Notes under the pieces: model-generated
The model's input: only the letters and a program-made list of their open reading frames with translations
What the model was told of the DNA's origin: nothing
Database searches by the model: none
In this document: positions 1 to 10,464 of the stretch, piece after piece
Numbering within the stretch: position 1 is the stretch's first letter
Layout: every line of letters begins with the position of its first letter
Made by a program: the position numbers and the translations under genes
Origin: a virus
Taxonomy: Duplodnaviria; Caudoviricetes
Direction: 5' to 3' (one strand)
IMG/VR virus record: IMGVR_UViG_3300014204_000139
Coordinates: 1-64,000 of that record
Length of the DNA: 64,000 nucleotides

Positions 1-1
1 A

Positions 2-160
2 AAATCAGGTTATAGTTCTTACAGTGGAATTTCCGGATACTCCGGATATTCAGGTATTTCTGGATTTAGCGGAATAAGTGGTTATTCAGGAAAATCAGGT
101 TATAGTTCTTACAGTGGAATTTCTGGCTATTCTGGTACAAGCGGATACTCTGGAGCTTTT
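2..160 (+). repeat. Collagen-like Gly-x-Ser tripeptide repeat inside the tail fibre gene
   Basis: SGYSGISGFSGISGYSG; AAAATCAGGTTATAGTTCTTACAGTGGAATTTC occurs at 1 and again at 91. Confidence 0.85.
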
Positions 161-3100
161 GCAGGAACTGGTACAAGTGGTTATATAGCTAAATTTACAG
201 GAGCTTCTTCATTAGGAAATTCTAATCTTTACCAAGTAGCAGGCGGTCAGGTTGGAATTGGGATTACAAATCCTTATTATATGTTAGAAGTTCAAAAAGA
301 TCAAAATGCAGGAACTGTAATTAGAGTAAGAAACGATTCAAATTCTAGCGCAGCTGGAGCAGCTATTCATGTTGATTATGGTTCAAATCATTATGCAGCC
401 CTTTATCAACTTAGCCCTTCTTTTACGACTGATGGTTTATTAGTTGCAGATAGTTCTATTTTATTCTCGTTAGGTAGCACAGCAGGATTAAGAGTTTGTA
501 CTTATGATAATTATAATTTAATTCTTGGTACAAATAAAACTGCTAGGGTTACAATTAAAACTGATGGAAGTACTGAGTTTAACACAGGAAATGGACAATC
601 TACTTCTATAGTTGTAGGAACATTAAGTGATAGTGTTAATTTTAATGCTATTTCTTTAAATACTTTAACCGGGAGTACTACCTTAAGCGGTCTTCTTGGT
701 GGTTATGGTGCTAGCGGAGATTTATATCTTCAATCCAGTGCAGCATTAGTATTTAGAGGCCCGGCTGGATTAGAATTCGCTAGATTTGACTCTACAGGTC
801 ATTTAGGAATAGGAATAAACAATCCTGGAACTTATAAGATTTTTGCTCAATGCGAAACCAATACAAATGTTGGTTTATTAAGACTTCATCTTAATTCTGG
901 AACAACTGCAGATGTTAATGGTATTGATTTTAGTCATTATTCTAATCCTGCAATTGTTGCTCCAATTAGAGCATATATTAGAGATTATATTTGTGATGAC
1001 TGGTCTGCAGATTTAAATTTTGGTGCAGCTCCTGGAAATGCAGCAGTAGCAGCAATAACAAGAATGACAATAAAGGGAAGTGGACTTGTCGGAATAGGAA
1101 CTACTATTCCTACTTTAGGTCCATCAGGTACTGGATTAGAAATTTATGGGCTCTCAAGTTGTATTACTTCCCTTAGACTTACTACTATCGACAATACTCA
1201 ATCACAGATACAGTTAAGTAGATTACAAACTGCTGGATCGTATAATACAGATTGGTATCTTTATATTCCTGCATCTTCTACTAGTTTGTTTCTATACAAT
1301 GGCGTAGATAGAGTTTCATTTACTGCAGCAGGACATGTTGGAATAGGAACAAATTCTCCAGGAAATAGATTACAAGTTCATACTATAGATGACATAGTAG
1401 GTATTGTTATATATGGTAGTGTAACTGCTAATAAATCGTATGGACAATTTATTCAGGCTGGAAGTAGTGCAACTGATTACTCATTATCAATTAGAAATTA
1501 CGATAGTAGTCTTCAATATTTTATGGTAAAAGGTAATGGTAATGTAGGTATTGGTTTAGCAACTCCATTGTCTAAATTTGATGTTTTAGGAAATTCTCAT
1601 ATTTTAGGAAATTTAAATATAGAGGGCGTTTCTAATTTAATAAATTCAGACTCAGTTTTAAATTTATATAAAAATATTGGACCAGATGTTGCAGGTTCTT
1701 GGAGTAGTGGTACTACGGGAGGTACTGTTTGTATAATTAGAAAGGGAGTTTATTATAAAGGAAAGGTTTATTTTTGTGGAGGAGTAGATGGAGCAGGAAC
1801 ATTTTTTAATACAATAGACATTTATGATATAAAATCAGGTATTTGGTCTACAGGAACTGCAGGTGGGACTGGAAGAATTCATCATACTGCTACCTTGTAT
1901 AATGGGAAAATTTACATAATTGGTGGAATTTGGGAAAATAATTTACTTAGTACTGTTACTGATGTAGACGTATATGACATTGAATCTGATTCTTGGTCTG
2001 TAGATGCCACTCAGTGTCCATTCACCTCAGTAGGAGCAACAGCAACACTATATAATGGGAAGATTTACATGTGGGGTGGAGTTGGAAATCAATCAGACCC
2101 AATTAAACAGATTAAAATTTTTGATATAGCTAATGACTCTTGGTCCACAGGAGCTTCTGGTGGTCAAGGAACAGGAAAAGAATTTCACACTGCGTGTTTG
2201 CATGATGGAATGATCTATTTTTGGGGAGGAATGGACGATGATTCTAATAGAGTAAACACTGTAGATATATATCATATAGGATATAACTTATTTATAACAG
2301 GTGCTACTGGAGGAACTGCAAGAAGTAGTCATACTTCTGTATTATACAATGGGAAAATTTACTCTTGGGGCGGTTCCAATTCTATATCTGCTCAGTTAAA
2401 TACCGTAGATATTTACAATACTGTAACAAATACATGGTCTACAGGGACTGCAGGCGGCACAGCTAGGGCATCACACACTAATATATTATATGATGGAAAG
2501 ATTTATAGTTTTACTGGATCTACAGGAGCAGGATACACAAACACTGTAGATATTTATGACATAGGAGACAGACAAACTTATTTAACATTCTATGAAAATA
2601 ATGAAAGTATGTTGTCCTATAGAACAAACGCTACTCTTAATTTAGATTATGGTAGTTTAACTATTACAGGTGGTGACTTATATCCTGTTGGAAATATTGA
2701 TATTACAGGAAAAATAGGAATAAATACTTATCCTCAAGTTGGTATTGATGTTTATGCTTCTATGAGAGTTAAAGAAACTGCAACTCTTGTTTCTCCAACT
2801 TCGGGAGCTGGACTTGAATTTTATTATAGAATAGATAATAGTTTAGACGATGCAGTTATACAATCATATGATAGAGATAGTACTGTATTTAGAAAATTGC
2901 ATTTATATGGAAGTACTGTATGTATAAATGATTCAGGAATTGGAAATGTTGGAATTGGAACAACAGTTGCTACAGAAAAACTACAAGTATACGGTTCTCT
3001 AGCATCAGTTTATTATGGAGCTGATTGGGGAACAGGAACTGCAAGAGCTATAATGGATTTCGTTCCTGGGGATAATATAGCAAGATTTGGTCAAGCTAAT

Positions 3101-3727
3101 GGTACAGTTGGAGATGGATATATTCAATTTATTACATGTAATACTGTTAAAGCGGTTATACTTGGTAATGGAAATGTAGGAATAGGGTTGACAAATCCAA
3201 CTAGTGCAAAATTACAGGTAATGGCAGATACAGGTAATGTTTGGACAAGTTATCTTTATGGAGTTGCTACTGCTAATCAATCTTATGGTTTGGGAATAAG
3301 AGCTGGAACAAGTAATGCTGATATGATTCTTGAATGTTGGGATTATGCAGGAAATGTAAGAATGTATGTAAGAGGCGATGCTTATACATGGGTTCAAACA
3401 GATTGGGCAGTTGGATCAGATAGAAGATTAAAAGAAAATATTACTTACATTATTGGAGATGTTGGTTTAAAAACAATTCTAAAATTAAAACCAGCAAAAT
3501 TTGATCTTATAAATAGTCTAAAAGATAATATTGGATTTATAGCTCAGGATGTTGAAGAAGTTATTCCAGAAGCTATATCATTAAATTCAGATGGTATGTT
3601 AAGTTTAAAATCAAGCTTTATTATACCTTATCTTGTTAAAGCTATACAAGAAGCAGATATTCTAATTAATGAAAATAAGAAACAAATTGAATTATTGTTA
3701 TTAGAAATAGAAAAATTAAAATCATAA
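2..3727 (+). CDS. Long tail fibre with G-x-S repeats, GNVGIG shaft repeats, Kelch beta-propeller and C-terminal peptidase S74 chaperone (5' truncated by window edge)
   Basis: The frame of the 281 ORF is open back to base 2 (KSGYSSYSGISGYSG...). Recurrent G(N/H/L)VGIG repeats, about six Kelch-like repeats (YNGKIYxWGG...VDIYD...WS) and SDRRLKENI...GFIAQDVEEV S74 motifs. Confidence 0.9.
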   Translation, partial: KSGYSSYSGISGYSGYSGISGFSGISGYSGKSGYSSYSGISGYSGTSGYSGAFAGTGTSGYIAKFTGASSLGNSNLYQVAGGQVGIGITNPYYMLEVQKDQNAGTVIRVRNDSNSSAAGAAIHVDYGSNHYAALYQLSPSFTTDGLLVADSSILFSLGSTAGLRVCTYDNYNLILGTNKTARVTIKTDGSTEFNTGNGQSTSIVVGTLSDSVNFNAISLNTLTGSTTLSGLLGGYGASGDLYLQSSAALVFRGPAGLEFARFDSTGHLGIGINNPGTYKIFAQCETNTNVGLLRLHLNSGTTADVNGIDFSHYSNPAIVAPIRAYIRDYICDDWSADLNFGAAPGNAAVAAITRMTIKGSGLVGIGTTIPTLGPSGTGLEIYGLSSCITSLRLTTIDNTQSQIQLSRLQTAGSYNTDWYLYIPASSTSLFLYNGVDRVSFTAAGHVGIGTNSPGNRLQVHTIDDIVGIVIYGSVTANKSYGQFIQAGSSATDYSLSIRNYDSSLQYFMVKGNGNVGIGLATPLSKFDVLGNSHILGNLNIEGVSNLINSDSVLNLYKNIGPDVAGSWSSGTTGGTVCIIRKGVYYKGKVYFCGGVDGAGTFFNTIDIYDIKSGIWSTGTAGGTGRIHHTATLYNGKIYIIGGIWENNLLSTVTDVDVYDIESDSWSVDATQCPFTSVGATATLYNGKIYMWGGVGNQSDPIKQIKIFDIANDSWSTGASGGQGTGKEFHTACLHDGMIYFWGGMDDDSNRVNTVDIYHIGYNLFITGATGGTARSSHTSVLYNGKIYSWGGSNSISAQLNTVDIYNTVTNTWSTGTAGGTARASHTNILYDGKIYSFTGSTGAGYTNTVDIYDIGDRQTYLTFYENNESMLSYRTNATLNLDYGSLTITGGDLYPVGNIDITGKIGINTYPQVGIDVYASMRVKETATLVSPTSGAGLEFYYRIDNSLDDAVIQSYDRDSTVFRKLHLYGSTVCINDSGIGNVGIGTTVATEKLQVYGSLASVYYGADWGTGTARAIMDFVPGDNIARFGQANGTVGDGYIQFITCNTVKAVILGNGNVGIGLTNPTSAKLQVMADTGNVWTSYLYGVATANQSYGLGIRAGTSNADMILECWDYAGNVRMYVRGDAYTWVQTDWAVGSDRRLKENITYIIGDVGLKTILKLKPAKFDLINSLKDNIGFIAQDVEEVIPEAISLNSDGMLSLKSSFIIPYLVKAIQEADILINENKKQIELLLLEIEKLKS

Positions 3728-3754
3728 AAGAACAAAATAAAAAGGAGTATTAAA

Positions 3755-4054
3755 ATGATAACAATTGATCAGATTAAAGAATCACAAGTTGCAGGAAACG
3801 CAACTTTTGAAAAAATTGCAGTAGAAGAAGGTACTATACCAGTAATGATAAACACAGATGAGATGTACAAAATTATATCAAAAAGATATAATGAATTTAC
3901 TGGTTTAGAAATAGAACCTAAAACCGAATTTGTTAATAAAACCGAATTAGAAAGAGAATTGGTTAATAATGATAAACAAATCTTAGCTCTTCAGGAAAGG
4001 TCGCAAAAAGTAAGAGATATGATTGCACTACTTGAAGGAATAAAACCAGAATAG
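3755..4054 (+). CDS. Hypothetical coiled-coil protein next to the tail fibre
   Basis: ORF with AGGAG RBS; C-terminal heptad pattern. Confidence 0.7.
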   Translation: MITIDQIKESQVAGNATFEKIAVEEGTIPVMINTDEMYKIISKRYNEFTGLEIEPKTEFVNKTELERELVNNDKQILALQERSQKVRDMIALLEGIKPE

Positions 4055-4067
4055 AAAGGGTCAAAAA

Positions 4068-4739
4068 ATGAGAATAATTATATGTTCTCCAGGTAATACA
4101 TTTAGTAAAGGTTTTAGAAGATCTTATACAGAATTATTATATTATGGTTGGAATAATGGAATTCAAATGACTTTATCAGATGCATCTAGTTGTAATATTT
4201 ATTATGTAAGAACTATGTGTCTATCTGGAGATTGTACTAAAGGAATTTACCAAAAACCATTTCAAGGAAAAGTTAAATATGATTATTTATTATGGTTAGA
4301 TTCTGATATGATTTTTACAGTTGATGATTTTAAAAAATTATTTAAACATAAAGAAGATATTATATCAGGAATTTATAATTTTGAAGGTGGAAAAGGATTA
4401 ACTTGTGGAAAATGGGATATCGATTTTTTTAAAGCTAATGGATACATGCCATATTTTACTGAAGAAACCATAATAAAAGAACCCAAAGATGATAGAGGTC
4501 TCGTAACAGTTGACTATACTGGGTTTGGATTTCTATTGGTAAAATATGGAGTTTTTGAAAGAATGGAATATCCTTGGTTTTTTCCTGAATGGACTGAAGT
4601 AATTAATGATAAATCTGTAAAAATAAGAGATTTCTCTATGGAAGATGTTGCGTGGAGTAATAAAGCTAGAGAATTAGGATTTAAAATATATGTTGACCCT
4701 AAAGTAAAACTAGGACATGAAAAATTATGTATTTATTAA
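4068..4739 (+). CDS. GT-A fold glycosyltransferase-like protein
   Basis: YDYLLWLDSDM (DxD), GFGFLLVK, SMEDVAW, KIYVDPKVKLGH motifs. Confidence 0.75.
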   Translation: MRIIICSPGNTFSKGFRRSYTELLYYGWNNGIQMTLSDASSCNIYYVRTMCLSGDCTKGIYQKPFQGKVKYDYLLWLDSDMIFTVDDFKKLFKHKEDIISGIYNFEGGKGLTCGKWDIDFFKANGYMPYFTEETIIKEPKDDRGLVTVDYTGFGFLLVKYGVFERMEYPWFFPEWTEVINDKSVKIRDFSMEDVAWSNKARELGFKIYVDPKVKLGHEKLCIY

Positions 4740-5103
4740 TAGGAGAAAAATTTTGATTTATTTTACATTATATACAAATAAATTTATTCCAAAAGGTTCT
4801 GCGGGATGTTCCAGAACTTTTTTTATTCTTATTAAACCAGAATATAAAGATGATATTGGACTCCATAAACATGAAATAAAACATGTAAGACAATTTTGGA
4901 GTAAAGGTTTGATAATTTTTTCTATTAGATATAAGTTTAGCAAAACATTTAGGTTAAAATGCGAAGTTGAAGCTTACAAAGAACAATTAGTATATCCACC
5001 AGCAAATAATTCAGAAGAGTATAAATATATTTATGCTCATTATATATCTGAAGATTATGGTTTATCAATTACTTTTAAAGAAGCATTTAACTTACTAAAT
5101 TAG
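4717..5103 (+). CDS. Small HExxH zinc-metallopeptidase-like protein
   Basis: HEIKHVRQ followed by EVEAY. Confidence 0.6.
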   Translation: MKNYVFINRRKILIYFTLYTNKFIPKGSAGCSRTFFILIKPEYKDDIGLHKHEIKHVRQFWSKGLIIFSIRYKFSKTFRLKCEVEAYKEQLVYPPANNSEEYKYIYAHYISEDYGLSITFKEAFNLLN

Positions 5104-5158
5104 AAGTTATGTATTTATTTATGAACAAAATAAAAAAGAAAGGATAGGGTATTACATA

Positions 5159-5596
5159 ATGATTAAAATGACAGTGGGCGAATTAGTTCAAATGTGGGAA
5201 GCATTACAAAAAGTTATGGAGTTAGATATTAAAAATGGAAAAGTTAGATATAGACTTGGAAGAATATTAAAAGCTTCATCAAAAGAATTTGAATTATATA
5301 ATGAAATTAGAAATAAAAAAGTAATGGAATATGGAACAAAAATTAGCGATGATTCAAATGAATATAAAATTGACCAAGACAAAATGGAAGCATTTAATAT
5401 AGCAATAGCTGAAATATTAAAAGAATCAATAGAGGTAAATGCTAATAAAATTACAGTAGATGATTTAGATCTTCTTCCATTATCACCTAAAGATTCTTGG
5501 TTTCTTGACCCAATAATTGAAGAAGAAACCGATTATAAAAAAGTTGATGAATCAGTAGTTTTAGATAAACCAGCGATACCAGTAAGTAAACAATAA
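5159..5596 (+). CDS. Tail-associated helical protein (DUF1617-like)
   Basis: Size and helical pattern recalled for this family; lies in the tail module. Confidence 0.5.
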   Translation: MIKMTVGELVQMWEALQKVMELDIKNGKVRYRLGRILKASSKEFELYNEIRNKKVMEYGTKISDDSNEYKIDQDKMEAFNIAIAEILKESIEVNANKITVDDLDLLPLSPKDSWFLDPIIEEETDYKKVDESVVLDKPAIPVSKQ

Positions 5597-5627
5597 TTAA
5601 ATATAGATTTAAATAAAGGATTATTTA

Positions 5628-6182
5628 ATGAATATATTAACATTTTTTACTAGTGATGGAGTCCCAAAAGAAGGACTAAGTCCGGTAATAAAAATAATAG
5701 ATGTATCTACTGGTTTAATAGTAATTAATTGGTTTGCAATGGATGAAATAAGTGATGGTTGGTATAAATATGATTTTGTAGCTTATGACTATAAACAAGA
5801 ATATGTAGTAGTTTGTGATGGGGGTTTTGAATTATCAGGAGCTGAAAGATTTATTGCATCTGCTTCTGATAATTCAAGACAAGAAATTCCAAAATTAGTT
5901 TGGAGTTCAAAAGTTGATGATTATCAAGAAGTTGATACTTTTGGTAAAAAATTTAAAGAAATCAGTAGTGATTTAAAAAGAACGTTAGGTTTATTACATG
6001 AGAACATATTTATAGACATGCCATCTTACGATGAATTTAATAATTTAGTTGGTGGAAGAGTTAGGATATATTCAGATGCTGTAAATGTTGGTACTGATAT
6101 TGGAGTTATTGGAACTTATTCAATTACTTCTACAGGAACAGGTCCTGGAAAATTTGATAATTGGAGCCAGATTAAAATATAA
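5628..6182 (+). CDS. Hypothetical virion protein
   Basis: ORF with RBS in the structural block. Confidence 0.6.
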   Translation: MNILTFFTSDGVPKEGLSPVIKIIDVSTGLIVINWFAMDEISDGWYKYDFVAYDYKQEYVVVCDGGFELSGAERFIASASDNSRQEIPKLVWSSKVDDYQEVDTFGKKFKEISSDLKRTLGLLHENIFIDMPSYDEFNNLVGGRVRIYSDAVNVGTDIGVIGTYSITSTGTGPGKFDNWSQIKI

Positions 6183-6370
6183 TGAGTATTTCAATAGCAA
6201 CTTTAGGAATGTTTACTCCAGCAGGTTTTGGAGGAAGCAGCGGACCAATTTATATTGAGGAAAAAAAGGTAAAACCTATAATACGAGTATTATCCGTCAC
6301 AGCAGAAAATACAATAGTTTCTTCTAAATCAAATTTAATAGAAGTACTATCCATAAAAATAGGAGATTAG
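6182..6370 (+). CDS. Small hypothetical protein
   Basis: TAATG coupling to the upstream stop. Confidence 0.6.
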   Translation: MSISIATLGMFTPAGFGGSSGPIYIEEKKVKPIIRVLSVTAENTIVSSKSNLIEVLSIKIGD

Positions 6371-6374
6371 TTAT

Positions 6375-7013
6375 ATGTTAGAAATAGATAATAATAAAGA
6401 ACGAAATATTACATTTGAGGTTTCATTATCAGGAATTAATCCTCAAGATTTGGAAGCGCATTTTAGAATATTAATAGATGGAATTGAGTATGGATTTCCC
6501 GCATATATAACTGAATCTTCTATATTGGTAACTATCCCTAGTTTAAAAAATATTATACACCGACCTTTAAGAGAGGATGAAAAACTTCCTTCTAAATTAG
6601 ATATTTTTGGAAGTGATCATTATTTTAATCCATGGTCAGGCGAAGTTAAAATTAAAAATACAGTAATGTTAGAAGCCAGAATCGTTGAGTCAAATGATAG
6701 TAAAAAACCAACAGTAAAAGCATCAATAGTTTCTAAAATAAATTCAAAAAAGACTACTTCTAAAGAAACAATTAAAGAAGAAAAAGAAATTAAACCTATT
6801 GTTCCTGTTAAAAAGACAAAAGTAGATCCTAAAGATATAACTATGGAACATTTAGAAGCATTTATGAAGCAAAATGGAACAAAAGATAAAAAGATTCAAA
6901 AAATAATTTTAGAAACGTGTATAACCAGAGTTGGAGATTCAAATCTTAAAGAATTATTTAAAGAATTATTTAGATATTACAAAAGAGAAAAAATATCAGC
7001 ACCAGAAAAATAA
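6375..7013 (+). CDS. Hypothetical protein (beta-rich N-terminus, Lys-rich linker)
   Basis: AGGAG RBS; 212-aa ORF. Confidence 0.65.
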   Translation: MLEIDNNKERNITFEVSLSGINPQDLEAHFRILIDGIEYGFPAYITESSILVTIPSLKNIIHRPLREDEKLPSKLDIFGSDHYFNPWSGEVKIKNTVMLEARIVESNDSKKPTVKASIVSKINSKKTTSKETIKEEKEIKPIVPVKKTKVDPKDITMEHLEAFMKQNGTKDKKIQKIILETCITRVGDSNLKELFKELFRYYKREKISAPEK

Positions 7014-7237
7014 TTTTTGAGAAACTTCCGATCTTATAAAATAAATAGAACAAAAAATAAACTAAATAGATTTTAGTTTATCACCAATCCCTTCCAATTT
7101 AATATCCGATTAGAGAAAACGGATTAAATTATAATAATATTTTGTTTTCTTTTTTTATTGGATATTTACCTAAAAAATTCAATAATTCTGTCCTATAATC
7201 CCTCTAAAAAATAATAAGTTAGGAGATTTTAAAAATT

Positions 7238-7546
7238 ATGAAAAATCAAGACTCAAATTCATCTAATTCTGCCAGAATTTCTAGGAAACTTCTTAGGGAA
7301 ATGGCTACTACTATTGAAAAATCTGAGACTCTTGATACTCTAATTAGTTTATTAGAAACTATTAATGACCCAGATCCGGCAGAATTATATTTACTCGAAA
7401 GTCTATATCAATTAAAAGAAAAAATAAAATTAGCGGAAAGTAGAATTAAAACGTTACTTAATAAAAACAATCAACTATTAGGGAATAAACTTAATGATTT
7501 ATATGAGTCAAAAAAAGGTTATGGTTCAAGTGTATTATTTGATTAA
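7238..7546 (+). CDS. Hypothetical coiled-coil protein
   Basis: AGGAG RBS; Leu-rich heptads. Confidence 0.6.
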   Translation: MKNQDSNSSNSARISRKLLREMATTIEKSETLDTLISLLETINDPDPAELYLLESLYQLKEKIKLAESRIKTLLNKNNQLLGNKLNDLYESKKGYGSSVLFD

Positions 7547-7547
7547 G

Positions 7548-7582
7548 TTTTATAAAAACCTAGTATGGGGGTTTTTATAAAA
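7548..7582 (+). terminator. Hairpin, possible intrinsic terminator
   Basis: TTTTATAAAAACC...GGTTTTTATAAAA inverted repeat just after the stop codon. Confidence 0.45.
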
Positions 7583-7628
7583 TAATTTTTTAATATTGCC
7601 ATATAATACTTAAATGGAGATATAATCA

Positions 7629-8117
7629 ATGTCAGAAGAATTAAGTAAAAATGATCTATATATACTCATGGAGTCATATAAAAATAATATACAACTAAAT
7701 ACGACTCTTCTTGAGCAACAAAAACAAATGATGAGTTTAAATAATTTATCAATTGAAAAACAACAAAGATTATGTGACTCTGTAGATGATTTGATTGAAA
7801 AATTAGCATATTGTTCAAAAATTATAGCTGAAAATCATGTTAAATTAAGCGATGATTTAAGCTCTACAAGTAATAAAATAACTACTCAAATAAATAATGT
7901 TTCTATGACCTTAGAAAAATGTAATAGCTCAGTAGTAAATCAATTTACTGAAAAATGTGGAAAATTAAGTAAAGAACACAGTTCTCTTAGTATAAAAATG
8001 TATATAGCATTTGCTGGAATGATAGGTATAATTATTTCCGGAATAAATTTATCAATAGCATTTGCTGAAAAGTATCATGCAATTTCTGACATGTTGATAA
8101 AACATATTGGGAGGTAA
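7629..8117 (+). CDS. Coiled-coil protein with a C-terminal transmembrane helix
   Basis: IAFAGMIGIIISGINLSIAFA hydrophobic segment after a coiled coil. Confidence 0.6.
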   Translation: MSEELSKNDLYILMESYKNNIQLNTTLLEQQKQMMSLNNLSIEKQQRLCDSVDDLIEKLAYCSKIIAENHVKLSDDLSSTSNKITTQINNVSMTLEKCNSSVVNQFTEKCGKLSKEHSSLSIKMYIAFAGMIGIIISGINLSIAFAEKYHAISDMLIKHIGR

Positions 8118-8129
8118 TGAGGGATATGG

Positions 8130-8450
8130 ATGATGAAAATTTGCATATTAGGAGAATTAAAATATATTGATGAAATAGAATATTTAAAAAATGAATTGTC
8201 ATCAACATCTAATTATATTTGTATTCCAGTATTAGAATATGAAGATAAAAAAAATATTCCAGAAAATGATGTTAATTATTATCTATTTGTAAGAGATTGT
8301 ATTTTAAACTCAGATTATATTTTAATAATTACTGAGGATAAAAAAAATAGATCATTTATCTTTAATTTTGGAATGGTTTTTGGGAGCAAAAAGAAATTTA
8401 AAGTTATTTTAAGAAAAAATGTAAAAATTTTATCTAACAAGGAGTTATAA
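8130..8450 (+). CDS. Hypothetical alpha/beta protein
   Basis: ORF with RBS; weak resemblance to a nucleoside deoxyribosyltransferase-type fold. Confidence 0.5.
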   Translation: MMKICILGELKYIDEIEYLKNELSSTSNYICIPVLEYEDKKNIPENDVNYYLFVRDCILNSDYILIITEDKKNRSFIFNFGMVFGSKKKFKVILRKNVKILSNKEL

Positions 8451-8456
8451 TTACAA

Positions 8457-9440
8457 ATGAGAAATCTTTTACCGAATAATAAAAAATGCCTAATTTACAT
8501 GTGCCATGATGATAAACAATTTGAAAGCAAGATTTTAGATTTAATTCTTTCTAAAATTAATAATGTTGAGGTAAAGATCTTTCCAACTATTAAAGATATT
8601 ATTAGTGATAAAGATATTCAAGATACTGATCTAATAATTTTAAGTTTACGTTTTGAAGATAAAAAAATAGAAGAATTTCACTCATATTTACAAGAAATTA
8701 ATTATAAAACAGGAGCTCCTTATTTGCTTTTTAGTAATACAAAAGAAGTTAATTCAGAAAAAATTTTATTTATTGATAGTTACCCAGATTTAATTCTTGA
8801 TTTTGTGGAAGAAACTGAATTTAGTGAATTTGTTTTTATTAATAGAGTTAGAGTTCTATTAAATATTCCTGCTTTAGAAAAATCTTTAAATTTAGAAAAG
8901 AGACTGATTATTGAAGGACTGTGGAGTTTTATTAATTATTCAACCATGTTCGCAGTAATGATAACCAAAGATTTAGAAATTAAATTAGTTAATTATCATT
9001 TAGCTAAAACACTTGGATATAATAATGAAGAAGAACCAATAGGCGATAACTGGACTAAATTTTTAAAGATAGAAGATTATGATTTAATTAAACATATTTC
9101 TAGTGAAATAATAGATGGAAATGGATCTTATAAAGAATTTAGTAATGATATAATTGATAAAGATAAAAATTTAATTACAGTTAAATGGTTTAATGTTTTA
9201 ATTAATCATGGTTTTAATTGTGTATTCTCCATTGGAATTCCATTAACTAAAGAACCAACAATAAATGAAGATATTGACTCAATAAGAGCTTATTTTAAAG
9301 ATATTCTTGAAAAAGATAAAACAATTATTAAAGCTATGAAAGAAGTAACTATGAAAAGATCTAAAGAAATATTAGAAGAAATAACTAATAATACTAATAA
9401 TGGTTCATGTTCTACAAAAAAGGAAATAACTAATGGCTAG
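8457..9440 (+). CDS. Degenerate receiver-like domain plus PAS domain protein
   Basis: HDD...TDLIILSLRF...PYLLFS receiver-like pattern; IKLVNYHLAKTLGY..EEPIGDNW...ITVKWFN PAS-like pattern. Confidence 0.6.
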   Translation: MRNLLPNNKKCLIYMCHDDKQFESKILDLILSKINNVEVKIFPTIKDIISDKDIQDTDLIILSLRFEDKKIEEFHSYLQEINYKTGAPYLLFSNTKEVNSEKILFIDSYPDLILDFVEETEFSEFVFINRVRVLLNIPALEKSLNLEKRLIIEGLWSFINYSTMFAVMITKDLEIKLVNYHLAKTLGYNNEEEPIGDNWTKFLKIEDYDLIKHISSEIIDGNGSYKEFSNDIIDKDKNLITVKWFNVLINHGFNCVFSIGIPLTKEPTINEDIDSIRAYFKDILEKDKTIIKAMKEVTMKRSKEILEEITNNTNNGSCSTKKEITNG

Positions 9441-9657
9441 TAGAAATGAGTCTCATTTAGAAGATATTCCAAATGGAAGTTATTGTTATACAATTAAAGA
9501 AATAATTGGAATTAAAATTAAAATAAATTTATGTCCTTATTATCAATATTTAGATGATGGGATTTGTCAATGTTCATTAACTAAAATTAGATCAGATGAA
9601 GATTTTTTATTTGATGATCAGGTTAAAGTTTGTAATATAAATGAATTAGATTTTTAA
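9433..9657 (+). CDS. Small Cys-rich protein
   Basis: IPNGSYCY, CPYY, CQC, DQVKVC. Confidence 0.6.
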   Translation: MASRNESHLEDIPNGSYCYTIKEIIGIKIKINLCPYYQYLDDGICQCSLTKIRSDEDFLFDDQVKVCNINELDF

Positions 9658-9676
9658 GAAGAAAGGAAAATGTGAA

Positions 9677-10444
9677 ATGAAGTGGATAGTTGATACAACA
9701 ATGAATGATTATGAAAAATTAGTAGAATCATTAAATAGATTTAATATTAATTATCAATTATTTAAATATAAACCTTTTATGAATTATAAAGATATTCTTG
9801 AAGAAATTAAGTATGAAATGGATGAAAAAGTTATCTGTTATGGAACTATAAATTTTATAGAAAAAATTCAAAAATGTATAGAATTATATCCTGGATCATA
9901 TTGTAATTTTGAAGGTTTTAAATGTAGTTCTTATTATCCAGTATTAAAAGATTTATTATTAAATGATAAGTATGAAATAATTTACTGGAAAGATGTATTA
10001 AATAAATTAAAAAATTTAGATACTGTGTTTATAAGACCAGATAGTGGAAAAAAAGAATTTACTGGATGTATTACTAATTATGATTCTTTAAAACATGATG
10101 TTGGTTTTTCAGTATCTAGTTTAGATCCTTTATTAAAAGTCATTATAGCTCCATATGTCGAAATAGATAAAGAATGGAGATTTTTTGTTTCTAATTGGAA
10201 TATTATAACAGGGTGTCTTTACCGTATTGGTTCTAAACATTATGAAGAATATACTTATGATAAAGAAGCTTATACTTTAGCTTTAAGAGCCACGACTCTA
10301 TATAACCCAGATCCAATTTTTGTTATTGATATTTGTAAAACTAAAACTGGAGAATATAAAGTTTTAGAATTAAATTCTTTTTCATGTTCAGGTTTATATA
10401 CTTGTAATACAAACAATATAGTACAATTTGTTGAGAATTTATAA
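9677..10444 (+). CDS. ATP-grasp domain protein (DUF4343/R2K-like)
   Basis: VFIRPDSGKKEFTG, EWRFFV, FVIDIC, VLELNSFSCSGLY. Confidence 0.8.
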   Translation: MKWIVDTTMNDYEKLVESLNRFNINYQLFKYKPFMNYKDILEEIKYEMDEKVICYGTINFIEKIQKCIELYPGSYCNFEGFKCSSYYPVLKDLLLNDKYEIIYWKDVLNKLKNLDTVFIRPDSGKKEFTGCITNYDSLKHDVGFSVSSLDPLLKVIIAPYVEIDKEWRFFVSNWNIITGCLYRIGSKHYEEYTYDKEAYTLALRATTLYNPDPIFVIDICKTKTGEYKVLELNSFSCSGLYTCNTNNIVQFVENL

Positions 10445-10464
10445 ATAAAAGAAAGGTATTTAAA

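Noticed and set aside
1690-2570. Diversity-generating retroelement repeats in the tail fibre
   Set aside because: The similar segments are in-frame Kelch repeats that differ at all four bases; no reverse transcriptase or non-coding template copy is visible.
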